Under the pieces are notes generated by a model. That model worked only from the letters and a program-made list of their open reading frames with translations, was not told the DNA's origin and did not search any database. A stretch of 64,000 bases of DNA from an uncultured Gemmatimonadales bacterium (lineage in GTDB: Bacteria; Gemmatimonadota; Gemmatimonadetes; Gemmatimonadales; GWC2-71-9): NCBI GenBank assembly GCA_963730185.1, contig CAVSQW010000002.1, positions 96,001 to 160,000 on the forward strand. The letters run 5' to 3'. The position numbers and the translations under genes were made by a program. Below, in pieces: positions 9,009-19,593 of the stretch (position 1 is its first letter; each line of letters begins with the position of its first letter).

Positions 9009-10136
9009 ATGCTCTACCATCTGCTCGCGCCGCTGGGCCGCGACCACATCCTGTTCAATCTCTTCAACTACATCAGCTTCCGGGCGGCCGGCGCGACGGT
9101 CACCGCGCTGTTCTTGGCCTTTGCCGCCGGGCCCTGGATCATCCGGCGGCTGGAGCAGCTCAAGGTGGGCCAGGTGGTCCGGACCGGCCTCCTGGCGAGC
9201 CATGAGGGCAAGCGGGGCACCCCCACGATGGGCGGGGTGATCATCCTGTTCTCGACCCTGGTGCCGACCCTTCTCTGGGCGCCGCTCACCAATCGCTTCG
9301 TCCTGGTGGCGATCCTGGCCACCCTCTGGACCGGCGCGATCGGCTTCGTCGACGACTACCTCAAGGTGGTGGAGGGCAAGCCGCGAGGGCTGGTGGCCCG
9401 CTGGAAGCTGATCGGACAGTCGACCTTCGGCGTGGCCCTCGGCGCCTATCTGATCTTCTACCCGGTGGTGCCCGAGACCACCTTGCCGGCGACGGCCACG
9501 GTGTTGCCGTTCGTCAAGTATACCGTGGTGCTCTTCGTGCCGGTGGTGTACGTGCTCTTCGTCACCTTCGTGGTCACCGGCTCGAGCAACGCCGTCAACA
9601 TGACCGACGGCCTGGACGGGCTGGCGGCCGGTCTCACGGCCATCGCCGCGGCGACGTTCGCGTTCTTCGCCTACGTCTTCGGCCGGGTCGACATGACGCA
9701 GTATCTCAACTTCTACTACCTGCCCGGGGCGGGCGAGCTGACCGTGTTCTGCACCGCGTTGATGGGGGCCGCGCTCGGCTTTCTCTGGTACAACGCCCAT
9801 CCGGCCAAGGTCTTCATGGGCGACACCGGGAGTCTCGCCATCGGCGGGGCGCTGGGCACGGTGGCGATCCTCCTCCGGGCCGAGTTCCTGCTCCTGATCA
9901 TCGGCGGGGTGTTCGTGGCCGAGCAGGTGTCGGTGATTCTCCAGGTGGGCGTCTACCAGTGGTTCAAGCGCACCCGGGGCCGCGAGTACGCCGATGCGCA
10001 CCGGGTCTTTCGGATGGCGCCGCTCCACCACCACTTCGAGAAGAAGGGGTGGCAGGAGACCACCGTGGTCACCCGCTTCTATATCCTGGGCCTGCTCTGC
10101 GCCCTCCTGGCGCTGGCGACGCTCAAGATCCGCTGA
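9009..10136 (+). CDS. mraY: Phospho-MurNAc-pentapeptide transferase
   Basis: KRGTPTMGG, GFVDDY, NAVNMTDGLDG, FMGDTGS, MAPLHHHFE. Confidence 0.98.
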   Translation: MLYHLLAPLGRDHILFNLFNYISFRAAGATVTALFLAFAAGPWIIRRLEQLKVGQVVRTGLLASHEGKRGTPTMGGVIILFSTLVPTLLWAPLTNRFVLVAILATLWTGAIGFVDDYLKVVEGKPRGLVARWKLIGQSTFGVALGAYLIFYPVVPETTLPATATVLPFVKYTVVLFVPVVYVLFVTFVVTGSSNAVNMTDGLDGLAAGLTAIAAATFAFFAYVFGRVDMTQYLNFYYLPGAGELTVFCTALMGAALGFLWYNAHPAKVFMGDTGSLAIGGALGTVAILLRAEFLLLIIGGVFVAEQVSVILQVGVYQWFKRTRGREYADAHRVFRMAPLHHHFEKKGWQETTVVTRFYILGLLCALLALATLKIR

Positions 10137-11488
10137 TGGCCGATCTGCTGGAGGGCCGGACCGGCGAGGTCGCCGTGATCGGCCTGGGGCGGAGCGGGGG
10201 CGCGGCGGCTCGGTTGCTCCGGGCCCGCGGCGCACCGGTGTACGCGTCGGACGCCGGCGCGACCCCGGCCTTGGCCGCGGTGGCCGACGCGCTCCGACCC
10301 CTCGGGGTGACGGTGGACCTGGGCCGCCACGACCTGGACCGGATTGCCCGGGCGGCCCTGGTGGTGCTGTCGCCCGGGGTGCCGCCGGATGCGCCGGCCG
10401 TGGCCGCCGCCCGCCGGGCCGACCGGGCGATCTGGTCCGAGGCCGAGCTCGGGCTTCGGGCCCTGGAGGGGCGGGTGCCGTTCGCGGCCGTGACCGGCAC
10501 CAACGGCAAGACCACCACCACCACCCTCGTCGCCCACCTCCTGGTGGCGGGTGGGCGGCGGGCCCTCGCGGCGGGCAACATCGGGACCCCGCTCTCCGAG
10601 GTCGCCCTGAGGCCGGAGCTGCCCGAGGTGCTGGCGGTGGAGCTCTCCAGCTTCCAGCTCCACGACATGCCCACCCTCACCCCGACCGTCGGGGTCCTCA
10701 CCAACCTGGCGCCGGACCACCTGGACCGGTATCCCGGCCTGGACGAGTACTACGCCGACAAGGTGCGCCTCTTCGCCCGGGCGAGCCCGGACTCCGTCTG
10801 GGTGCTCAACGCCGACGACCCGACCTCGGCGGCGTGGGTGGGGCGCCCGGCGGGCCGGCGGCTCGGGTTCAGCCTGATCCGGGAGGCCGATGGCTGGCTC
10901 GACCGCGAGGCCGGCCTCCTCCGGCTCGGCGCCGAGCCGCTCCTTGCCCGGGCGGAGCTCCCGCTCCTTGGCGATCACAACGCCGCGAATGCCCTGGCGG
11001 CGGCGCTGGCGGCCCGAGCGCTCGGCGTGGCACCGGCCGCCCTCGCCGCCGGCCTTCGGACCGCGCGCCCGCTGGCCCATCGGATGGAGCCGGTCCGCGA
11101 GGTGCGGGGCGTGCTCTGGGTCAACGACTCGAAGGCGACCAACATCGCGTCGACCGAAGTGGCGGTGGCCGCCCTGGACCGGCCTTTCATTCTCCTCCTC
11201 GGCGGGCGCCACAAGGGTGAGCCCTACACCCGGCTCGGCCCCGGCCTCCGCGACCGGTGCCGGGCCGTGGTCGCCTACGGGGAGGCCGGCGACCGGGTGG
11301 TGGCCGATCTCCAAGGCACGGTGCCGGTGGCCCGGGCCACGACCTTCGACCAGGTGATGGCGACGGCCGCGGCTCTGGCCCAGCCGGGCGACGCGGTCCT
11401 GCTCTCGCCCGCCTGCTCGAGCTACGACATGTTCACGAACTACGAAGCCCGCGGCGACCGGTTCCGCGCCATCGTGGAGGGCCTGTGA
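10136..11488 (+). CDS. murD: UDP-MurNAc-L-Ala:D-Glu ligase
   Basis: GLGRSG, TGTNGKTT, ELSSFQL, NDSKATN, LLSPACSSYDMF. Confidence 0.97.
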   Translation: MADLLEGRTGEVAVIGLGRSGGAAARLLRARGAPVYASDAGATPALAAVADALRPLGVTVDLGRHDLDRIARAALVVLSPGVPPDAPAVAAARRADRAIWSEAELGLRALEGRVPFAAVTGTNGKTTTTTLVAHLLVAGGRRALAAGNIGTPLSEVALRPELPEVLAVELSSFQLHDMPTLTPTVGVLTNLAPDHLDRYPGLDEYYADKVRLFARASPDSVWVLNADDPTSAAWVGRPAGRRLGFSLIREADGWLDREAGLLRLGAEPLLARAELPLLGDHNAANALAAALAARALGVAPAALAAGLRTARPLAHRMEPVREVRGVLWVNDSKATNIASTEVAVAALDRPFILLLGGRHKGEPYTRLGPGLRDRCRAVVAYGEAGDRVVADLQGTVPVARATTFDQVMATAAALAQPGDAVLLSPACSSYDMFTNYEARGDRFRAIVEGL

Positions 11489-12651
11489 CCGACCGATCCG
11501 CACCTCGACACCCCGCCGATTTCCGGTGGGAGACCAGGCTCCTCGGCGTGGTCGTGGCGATTCTGACCGTGTTCGGGATCGCCAGCGTCTACTCGGCTGC
11601 CAGCTTCCAGGCCAACGCCATCCGGGAGGTGCTCAAACAACTGTCGGCGGCGCTGGTCGGCGGCATCGGCATGGTGGTCGCGTCGCGAGTGGACTACCGG
11701 CGGTGGCGGCAGGGTGCCTGGATCCTGTTGCTGATCACCATGGTGCTGCTCCTGATCTGCGTGATCCCCGGGACCGAGGCGCTGGCCCCGCGCACCAACG
11801 GGGCCCGGCGGTGGCTCCGGCTGCCGGGGGGGACCTTCCAGCCGTCCGAGCTGGCCCGGTTCGCGATCGTGGTCTGGGCCGCGGCGCTGGCGACGAAGAA
11901 GGGCGAGCGGATCCGCGACTTCAAGAAGGGCATGGTGCCCATTCTGCTGATTACCGGGCTGGTGTCTCTCCTGGTCCTCCTCGAGCCGAACCTCTCGATG
12001 GCCACGGTAGTGGCGCTCCTCGGCGGCGTGGTGCTCTTCACCGCCGGTGCCCGGATCGGCCAGTTCCTGCTCCTCGGCGTCGCCGCCGTGTTCCTGGCGG
12101 TGGCGGCGATCCAGGCGGAGCCCTACCGGTTCGCGCGGGTCCGCTGCTTTCTCGGCCTGGCGGGCAAGTGCGAGGGCGGCACCGGCTGGCAGGTGGGGCA
12201 AGCCACGATCGGGTTCGCCTCCGGCCGGGTGATGGGCGTCGGCTTCGGGGAGGGGCAGCTCAAGCTCAACTATCTCCCGGAGGCCCCCTCGGACTTCCTC
12301 TTCGCCACCATTGGGGAGGAGTGGGGCTTCCTGGGGGTCGCGGTCATCGTGCTCCTGTTCGCGGCCTTCTGCGGGCTCGGCTTCCGAATCGCGAAGACTG
12401 CGCCCGATCCTTTTGGCCAGCTGCTCGCGACCGGCCTGACCGCCTCGGTGGGGCTCACCGCCTTGATGCACATGGCCGTGAATACCAATCTGATGCCGAC
12501 GACCGGGTTAGGTCTTCCTTTCATGTCGGCTGGGCGGTCGAATCTCCTGGTCACCCTGGTGGCGACCGGCGTGCTGATCAGCGTCGGGCGGATGCGCGGG
12601 AAGCCGCTCCCCGAGCGGGGAACCCGGGCGGCGGGCCGGCGGGCGGCGTGA
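11485..12651 (+). CDS. ftsW: SEDS peptidoglycan polymerase FtsW
   Basis: NGARRWL, FQPSE, LPEAPSDF, GEEWG, PTTGLGLPFMS; GTG start overlaps murD stop. Confidence 0.93.
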   Translation: MTDRSAPRHPADFRWETRLLGVVVAILTVFGIASVYSAASFQANAIREVLKQLSAALVGGIGMVVASRVDYRRWRQGAWILLLITMVLLLICVIPGTEALAPRTNGARRWLRLPGGTFQPSELARFAIVVWAAALATKKGERIRDFKKGMVPILLITGLVSLLVLLEPNLSMATVVALLGGVVLFTAGARIGQFLLLGVAAVFLAVAAIQAEPYRFARVRCFLGLAGKCEGGTGWQVGQATIGFASGRVMGVGFGEGQLKLNYLPEAPSDFLFATIGEEWGFLGVAVIVLLFAAFCGLGFRIAKTAPDPFGQLLATGLTASVGLTALMHMAVNTNLMPTTGLGLPFMSAGRSNLLVTLVATGVLISVGRMRGKPLPERGTRAAGRRAA

Positions 12652-13739
12652 CCACCGTCCTGATCGCGGGGGGCGGGACCGGCGGCCACCTGATGCCGGC
12701 GCTCGCGATCGCGAGCGCGCTCCGGGAGCGGCACCCCGGCTGGCGGCTGATGCTGGTCGGGGCGGAGCGGGGGGTGGAGGCCCGGCTCCTGCCCGAGCGC
12801 GACTTCCCCTACGTCCTGCTGCCCTTCGAGCCCATCTATCGCCGCCAGTGGTGGAAGAACCTTCGGTGGCCGGTTCTCGCGCTCCGGCTGATCGGTCGGG
12901 TCCGCCACCTCCTCGGGCGGGAGCGTCCGGGGTTGGTGGTGGGGACCGGCGGGTACGTGGCCGGGCCGGTGGTGTGGCTGGCCGCCCGGCGCGGGATTCC
13001 CACCGCGATGATGGAGCAGGACGCCTATCCGGGGCTGGTGACGCGGCGGCTGGCCTCCCGGGTCGACGAGATCTTCCTGGGTGCTCCGGAGGGCGCGGCG
13101 CACCTTCGGGTGGGCCCCCGTACGGTGGTGCGGTTCACCGGGAGTCCGATCGTTCCGCCGACCCCCGAGCGCCGGGCGGCCGCCCGGGCCCGCTTCGGTC
13201 TCGACGACGAGCGCCCGGTGGTGCTGGTGACCGGGGGGAGCCAGGGCTCGCTCGCGATCAACCAGCTGGTGGCCGGTTGGCTCGACGAGGACGGGGGCCG
13301 GGACCGGGTGGTACTCTGGGCGGCGGGGCGGGTTACGGTCGACCGCTTCCGGTCGCACCACCGGCCGCCGGCGGTCCAGGTGTTCGAGTTTCTCGACCCG
13401 ATCGCCGACGCCTATGCCGTGGCCGATCTGGTGGTGGGTCGGGCCGGGATGACCACCATCGCCGAGCTCTGCGCCTGGGGCCTCCCGAGCCTCCTCATTC
13501 CGCTCCCGACCGCCGCCGCCGATCATCAGCGCCGGAACGCGGAGGCGATGGTGGCGGCCGGCGCGGCTCGGTCGGCGGAGCAGGCGGCGCTCACCCCGGC
13601 CGGTCTGGGGCGGCTGATCGACGAGATCCTCCAGAATCCGGACACCCGGCGGACCCTGGCGGCCCGAGCCAAGGCGCGGGGCCGGCCCGGGGCGGTGATC
13701 GAGATCGCGACCCGGCTGGAGGCCCTGGTTGGGCACTGA
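12648..13739 (+). CDS. murG: Lipid II GlcNAc transferase
   Basis: AGGGTGGH, GTGGY, GGSQG, HQRRNA. Confidence 0.96.
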   Translation: MTTVLIAGGGTGGHLMPALAIASALRERHPGWRLMLVGAERGVEARLLPERDFPYVLLPFEPIYRRQWWKNLRWPVLALRLIGRVRHLLGRERPGLVVGTGGYVAGPVVWLAARRGIPTAMMEQDAYPGLVTRRLASRVDEIFLGAPEGAAHLRVGPRTVVRFTGSPIVPPTPERRAAARARFGLDDERPVVLVTGGSQGSLAINQLVAGWLDEDGGRDRVVLWAAGRVTVDRFRSHHRPPAVQVFEFLDPIADAYAVADLVVGRAGMTTIAELCAWGLPSLLIPLPTAAADHQRRNAEAMVAAGAARSAEQAALTPAGLGRLIDEILQNPDTRRTLAARAKARGRPGAVIEIATRLEALVGH

Positions 13740-13787
13740 TCCGGGCTTTCCCAAGCTATGGTGGCTATTTAGATTAGGCCGCTAGGG

Positions 13788-15169
13788 ATGAACCTGTTTC
13801 TCCAGTCCGATCCGCGCCCGCTCCACTTTGTGGGGATCGGTGGTGCCGGGATGAGCGCCCTTGCGCTGATTGCGCTCGAGCGGCGTCTTCCGGTGTCGGG
13901 GACCGACGCCGACCCGAGCGGCTGCGGAGAGTTGCAGGCTGCCGGGGCTCGGGTGGTCCCCGGTCAGGCGCCGGACTTGGCGGCGGCCAGCCGGGCGGTG
14001 ATCGTGAGCGCGGCGGTCCCCGCGACCCATCCGGATCTGGTCCGAGCCCGGTCGTTAGGCATCCCGGTGGTGCCCCGGAAGGTCGCGCTGGCGGGGCTGA
14101 TCGGCGACACGCCGTCGGTCTGCATCGCCGGCACACACGGCAAGACCACCACCACCGTCATGGCCACCGAGGCGCTGACGGCGGCCGGGTTCGAGCCCAC
14201 GGGGTTGGCGGGTGGCCGGGTCGCGGCTTGGGGTGGCAACGCGCACCTGGGCGGCGAGGGGCTCTACGTGGTGGAAGCGGACGAGTACGACCAGGCCTTT
14301 CTGACGCTCCGCCCGGAGATCGCAGTGATCGGCAACGTCGAGCCCGACCATCTGGAGTGCTACGGCTCGGTCGAGGCGCTGGAAGCGGCGTTCGGCCGGT
14401 TCGCCGCGCCGGCCCGGCGGGTGCTGATCGGGACCGACAGCGCCGGCGCCGACCGGGTAGCGGCCCCCCTGGACCGGGGCCGGGTCTGGCGCTTCGGACT
14501 CGCGGCCGAGGGAACGCCCGATCTGGCGCTCGACGGGCTCGAGCTCGGCCGGCCGGGAGTACCGCCAGGGTCCAGCTGCCGGGGGGTGGGGCGGTGACCC
14601 TTCGGCTCGGGGTACCGGGGCTCCACAACCTCCGGAACGCCACGGCCGCGCTGGGCGCGGTCCACGCGCTGGGCGGTCCGCTGGAGCCCGCCCTCGACGC
14701 CTTGGCGCGGTTTGGCGGGGTCGGCCGGCGGTTCGATCGGATAGGGGAGGCTGGTGGCGTCACCATCGTGGACGACTACGCCCACCACCCGACCGAGCTC
14801 CGGGCCACGCTCGCCGCGGCCCGACAGGCGTTCCCCGCGCGACGACTGGTGGCGGCGTTCCAGCCCCATCTCTACTCGCGCACCGCGGCGCATGGAGACG
14901 CCATGGGTGAGGCGCTCGCACAAGCCGATCTGGCCATCGTGACCGACGTCTACGCCGCCCGGGAGGCGCCGATCGCCGGCGTCTCGGGCGCGCTCGTGGC
15001 TCAGGCCGCCGAGCGCCGGGGTGCCCGGGTGGTCTACGAGGCCCGTCGCGCGGCCCTCACCGACCGGGTCGCCGGACTGCTGGAGCCCGGCGACGTGCTG
15101 CTCACGCTGGGCGCCGGCGACATCACCCGGCTCGGGCCTGAGATCTTGGCGCGGCGCGGGGCCCAATGA
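13788..15169 (+). CDS. murC: UDP-MurNAc:L-Ala ligase (frameshift near 14549, probable sequencing error)
   Basis: HFVGIGGAGMS, AGTHGKTTT, EADE in ORF 13788..14597; GVGRRF, DDYAHHPTE, FQPHLYSRT, LGAGDI in the next frame. Confidence 0.93.
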
Positions 15170-15846
15170 CCCGTCGGCGACTGGCCCTCGGCGTGCTGGT
15201 CACCGCGGTGGTCGCGACCGGCGTATGGCTGGCGCCTCGGGGCCTCCGGCGCCTCGCGATCTTCGACGTCCGCCGGGTTGAGCTCGTCGGCACCCGGTTC
15301 CTCGAGCCATCGCACCTGATTGCCGTGCTCGGGCTGCCGCCGGGAGCCAACATCTTCGATCCGACCGAGCCGCTCGAGCGCCGGTTGTTCACGGTCCGGG
15401 GGGTGGCCAGGATCACGATCCACCGGCGGATTCCCGGCACCCTGGTGCTCGAGATCCAGGAGCGACCGCCGGTGGCGCTGGCCCGGACCGACGACGGACT
15501 GGTGCTGGTGGACCGGGAGGGCCGGGCGCTTCCCTACGATCCGGCCGGCGTCGACGTTGATCTCCCCATCGCCGACGCCGATTCGGCCGTGCTCGGGGTG
15601 GTGGAACGAGTGCGGGAGACCGATCCCGAGCTCTTCGCCAAAGTGGTGGCCGCGGTGCGGGCGCCGCACGCCGTGGTGCTGGAGATCCCCGGCCACCGGC
15701 TGCTGCTGTCGCTGGGGGCCACGCCCAGGGAGATCGAGGACCTGGGGTTGGTGCTGCACGAGGCGGCCCGGCGGGGGCTCGCGGCGGCGGAGTTCGACGC
15801 CCGGTTCGCGGGGCGGGTCATCGTGCGCGGAGGACGGAGCTCATGA
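15166..15846 (+). CDS. ftsQ: Cell division protein FtsQ/DivIB
   Basis: N-terminal TM, POTRA-like RRIPGTLVLEIQERPPVA, position between murC and ftsA. Confidence 0.85.
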   Translation: MTRRRLALGVLVTAVVATGVWLAPRGLRRLAIFDVRRVELVGTRFLEPSHLIAVLGLPPGANIFDPTEPLERRLFTVRGVARITIHRRIPGTLVLEIQERPPVALARTDDGLVLVDREGRALPYDPAGVDVDLPIADADSAVLGVVERVRETDPELFAKVVAAVRAPHAVVLEIPGHRLLLSLGATPREIEDLGLVLHEAARRGLAAAEFDARFAGRVIVRGGRSS

Positions 15847-17096
15847 CGACGACGGAGCGGCTGGTGGCCGCGCTCGATCTGGGAACGACCCGGGTGCTCG
15901 CCGCGATCGGTGAGGTCACCGGCGATGCCCGGGCCCCGGGCGTCCGGGTGCTGGGCGTGGGGTCGGAGCGGACCACCGGCATCCGCCGGGGCGTGGTCCG
16001 CGACATCGAGGAGACCACCCGGGCGATCGGCCGGGCGTTGAAGGACGCCCAGCTGATGGCGGGGGTCGAGGTCGGGACGGTCTACTGTGGAGTGGCGGGC
16101 GAACACCTGGCCGGGCGGATCTCGCACGGAGTGGTTTCGGTCACCGGCAATGAAATCCGGACCGCTGACGTGGCCCGGGTCAACGATGTCGCCGCCAACG
16201 TGTCGTTCAGTCGCGATCACGAGCTGCTCCACGCCATTCCCCAGGACTATCTGGTGGACCAACAGGGCGGGATCACCGATCCGATTGGGATGATCGGCTC
16301 CCGGCTCGAGGCCGAGGTGTATCTGGTCACGGTGCTGACCAGCGCGCTGGTCAATCTCAAGAAGTGCGTCGAGCGGGCCGGTTTCCACGTAGCCGAGTTC
16401 GTGCTCGAGCCGCTGGCGGCGTCGCTGGCGGTGCTCACGCCCGACGAGCGCGAGCTGGGCTGCGCCATCGTGGAGCTCGGGGGCGGGTCCACCAACGTCT
16501 CCGTCTTTCAGAACGGCACCATCCGGCACACCGCCTCGCTGATGTTCGCGGGCGGGCACGTCACCAACGACATCGTCCACGGGCTCCAGGTCCCCCAGGT
16601 CGAGGCCGAGCGGCTCAAGGAAGCCTCGGGGGCGGCCTACGAGCACCAGGTGGGAGACGACGAGACGATCGACCTGGCCGGCGCCCCGGGGCAGCCGGCC
16701 CGGCAGGCGTCGCGACGGGTGCTCGCCCACATCATGCACATGCGGATGCAGGAAATTCTCGAGCTGGCGGTCGACGAGCTCAACCGCACGGGGTACCGCC
16801 AGCGGCTCTCTTCGGGCATCGTGCTTACCGGGGGAGGGGCGGAGGCCCCCGGGGTCGTGGACCTGGCCCGCGAGGTGTTCGCCCTGCCGGTCCGAATCGG
16901 GATGCCGGGCGCGGGCCTGAGCGGCCTGGTGGATCGGGTGCAGAGTCCCCGGCTCACGGTGCCGGTCGGGCTCCTGCTCTACGGCGCGAAGCAGGGAGGG
17001 CAGAGTGGTGGGTTCGCGGCCGCCGCGCGTCGCGCGGCGCCGCCCGTGGATCGCGTGATCGGCCCCGTCAAGCGTTGGCTACAGGACTTCTTCTGA
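15843..17096 (+). CDS. ftsA: Cell division protein FtsA
   Basis: ALDLGTT, GIRRGVV, ELGGGST, GGHVTNDI, VLTGGGA, C-terminal amphipathic WLQDFF. Confidence 0.97.
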   Translation: MTTTERLVAALDLGTTRVLAAIGEVTGDARAPGVRVLGVGSERTTGIRRGVVRDIEETTRAIGRALKDAQLMAGVEVGTVYCGVAGEHLAGRISHGVVSVTGNEIRTADVARVNDVAANVSFSRDHELLHAIPQDYLVDQQGGITDPIGMIGSRLEAEVYLVTVLTSALVNLKKCVERAGFHVAEFVLEPLAASLAVLTPDERELGCAIVELGGGSTNVSVFQNGTIRHTASLMFAGGHVTNDIVHGLQVPQVEAERLKEASGAAYEHQVGDDETIDLAGAPGQPARQASRRVLAHIMHMRMQEILELAVDELNRTGYRQRLSSGIVLTGGGAEAPGVVDLAREVFALPVRIGMPGAGLSGLVDRVQSPRLTVPVGLLLYGAKQGGQSGGFAAAARRAAPPVDRVIGPVKRWLQDFF

Positions 17097-17118
17097 GGAC
17101 AGGCACGAGGAACCGGAC

Positions 17119-18288
17119 ATGACCTTCCGAATCGAAGATCCGCAGACGCAGAACGCGCGGATGAAGGTGATCGGCGTCGGTGGCGGCGGCGGCAACGCCG
17201 TCAACCGGATGATCGAAGAGCGCCTGGTCGGCGTCGAGTTCATCTCGGTGAACACCGACGCCCAGGCGCTCACCTCCAACCGGGCCGACGTGAAGGTCCA
17301 GATCGGGAAGAAGCTCACCCGAGGGCTCGGCGCGGGCGCCCGGCCGGAGATCGGCCGCCAGGCGATCGACGAGAACCGCGACGAGGTGCTCGAGGCCATG
17401 CAGGGCGCGGACCTGGTGTTCGTGACCTGCGGCATGGGTGGTGGCACCGGCACCGGGGCCGCCCCGGTCATCGCCCAGATGGCCAAGGACGTCGGCGCCC
17501 TCACGGTGGGGATCGTCACCAAGCCCTTCCTGTTCGAGGGCAAGAAGCGGATGAAGCAGGCCGACACCGGCATCGCCGAGATGCGGCTCAACGTCGACAC
17601 CATGATCGTGGTGCCGAACGAGCGGCTGCTGGCGGTGGTGGGGAAGGGCATCCTCTTCCAGGACGCCCTGAAGAAGGCCGACGAGGTGCTGCTCCACGCC
17701 ACCCAGGGCATCGCCGGCCTGATCACCGCGACCGGAATGATCAACGTCGACTTCGCCGACGTCCGGACCGTGATGCAGAACGGCGGCTCTGCTCTGATGG
17801 GGACCGGCAGCGGTCGGGGTGAGAACCGGGCCCTCGAGGCGGCTCAGCAGGCCATCTCGAGCCCGCTCCTCGACAACGTCTCGATCGGCGGGGCCACCGG
17901 CGTGCTGATCAACATCCTGGGCGGCGACTTGACCATGGGCGAAGTGACCCAGATCAGCGAGATCGTCCACGACGCCGCCGGCGACGAGGCCGAGATCATC
18001 TTCGGCGCCGCGATCGACCAGACGCTGCAGGGCGAGATCCGGGTCACGGTGATCGCGACCGGGTTCGACCGCGCCGTGACCGGCGACGTGCCGCTCGGCG
18101 TGAGCCCCTCGTCCCCGAAGACCCCGGGCGTGCTGCCGTTCCCGAGTGCCCGGAAGGCGTCGCCCCCCGCCGCCCAGCAGGGTGGTGGCGCCCGCCCGCC
18201 GGTTCCGCCCCGGCCGGCCCCGGGCTACCCTGGTGGGGACGTGCCGGACATGGAAATCCCGACCTTCATTCGGCGGCAGATGGACTGA
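17119..18288 (+). CDS. ftsZ: Cell division protein FtsZ
   Basis: GVGGGGGNAV, GGGTGTG, NVDFADV, C-terminal EIPTFIRRQ. Confidence 0.99.
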   Translation: MTFRIEDPQTQNARMKVIGVGGGGGNAVNRMIEERLVGVEFISVNTDAQALTSNRADVKVQIGKKLTRGLGAGARPEIGRQAIDENRDEVLEAMQGADLVFVTCGMGGGTGTGAAPVIAQMAKDVGALTVGIVTKPFLFEGKKRMKQADTGIAEMRLNVDTMIVVPNERLLAVVGKGILFQDALKKADEVLLHATQGIAGLITATGMINVDFADVRTVMQNGGSALMGTGSGRGENRALEAAQQAISSPLLDNVSIGGATGVLINILGGDLTMGEVTQISEIVHDAAGDEAEIIFGAAIDQTLQGEIRVTVIATGFDRAVTGDVPLGVSPSSPKTPGVLPFPSARKASPPAAQQGGGARPPVPPRPAPGYPGGDVPDMEIPTFIRRQMD

Positions 18289-19547
18289 TGCGGCGGCGGT
18301 TGCTCGGGGTACTGGCTTCGCTCGTGGTGCTGGCCGGCGCCGGATCGCTGGCGCTCGGGGGCTCCTGGCCCTGGCGCCGAATCAAGGAACAGCCGCCCGC
18401 GCCGATCGGCCCGGTGCTCACCTCGTCGACCGATACGCTCCGCTCGGGCGAGCCGCTCGGCGCGCTGTTCGGTCGCCACGGGATCGGCGCCGTCGAGCTC
18501 CCGAGAGTGGTCGGCCTGCTTGGGCTGGATCCGCGGCGGGTCCGGGCCGGTCAGGTCTTTCGGTTCGCCCACGTCGAGGCCGACTCGGTGGTCGCCCAGA
18601 TCACCCTCCGCCGGAGCCCCACCGAGCAGGTCCGCCTCCACCGCGGGGCCGACGACAGCACCTGGGTCGCCGAGGTCCACGAGATCCACTGGACGCCGCA
18701 CCCGGTCCGCGTCGAGGGGACGATCACTACCTCGCTCTACGACGCGATGGCCGACGCCCGGGCCGACCTCGACCTGTCCACCGGCGACCGCATCAACCTC
18801 GCCTGGGATCTGGCCGACGTCTTTGCCTGGCAGGTCGATTTCTCGCGTGACCTCCAGGAGGGCGACCGCTTTGCGGTGGTCTTCGAGGAGGAGCAGTCCG
18901 ACCTGGGCGAGACCCGGGTGGGCCGGGTGCTGGCCAGCCGGCTCGACGTGGGCGGCCGGGCGCTGAGCGCGTTTCTCTTTCCCGAAGACGGCCGGCCCGA
19001 GTACTTCGACGCCGACGGTGAGTCGCTCCGTCGGGCCTTCCTTCGCGCGCCGGTCGAGTTCCGGCGGATCTCGTCCGGGTTCAGCCGGGCCCGGAAGCAC
19101 CCGATTCTGGGCATCTTTCGGCGGCACCAGGGTGTGGACTACGCCGCCGACGCCGGCACACCCGTCCTCGCGGCCGCCGACGGCACCGTCCGTTCGGCCG
19201 GCTGGGCCGGTGGCTACGGCCGGATGATCGAGCTTCGCCACCGGAACGGGATTACCACTCGCTACGCCCACCTCCGAGCCTTCGCGACAGGTCTCCGGCC
19301 CGGACGGCTGGTGAGCCAGGGCGAGGTGATCGGTTACGTTGGCTCCTCCGGCCTGGCCACCGCGGCGCACCTCCACTACGAGTTTCGCCAGAACGGGGTG
19401 GCTCTCGATCCCCGCCGAGTCGATCCCGGCGCCGGCGAGCCCGTGCCGACCGATCAGCGGGTTGCCTTCCTGGCGGAGCGCGACCGGCTGCTCATGCTGC
19501 TCCGTTCGACCCCGACCCCGGTGACCATGGCCGACGGGTCGGACTAG
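18288..19547 (+). CDS. M23 family peptidoglycan DD-endopeptidase (MepM-like)
   Basis: N-terminal TM, RISSGF, HQGVDY (HxxxD), YAHL, HLHY (HxH). Confidence 0.9.
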   Translation: MRRRLLGVLASLVVLAGAGSLALGGSWPWRRIKEQPPAPIGPVLTSSTDTLRSGEPLGALFGRHGIGAVELPRVVGLLGLDPRRVRAGQVFRFAHVEADSVVAQITLRRSPTEQVRLHRGADDSTWVAEVHEIHWTPHPVRVEGTITTSLYDAMADARADLDLSTGDRINLAWDLADVFAWQVDFSRDLQEGDRFAVVFEEEQSDLGETRVGRVLASRLDVGGRALSAFLFPEDGRPEYFDADGESLRRAFLRAPVEFRRISSGFSRARKHPILGIFRRHQGVDYAADAGTPVLAAADGTVRSAGWAGGYGRMIELRHRNGITTRYAHLRAFATGLRPGRLVSQGEVIGYVGSSGLATAAHLHYEFRQNGVALDPRRVDPGAGEPVPTDQRVAFLAERDRLLMLLRSTPTPVTMADGSD

Positions 19548-19593
19548 CCTCCTCTGCCTGCCCGTCGTTCCCCTCCGCGGCTAGCTTCAGCCC

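Noticed and set aside
13788..15169. murC pseudogene or programmed frameshift
   Set aside because: Essential gene with a single missing base, no slippery heptamer seen, and all motifs intact; it fits the error pattern found elsewhere in the window.
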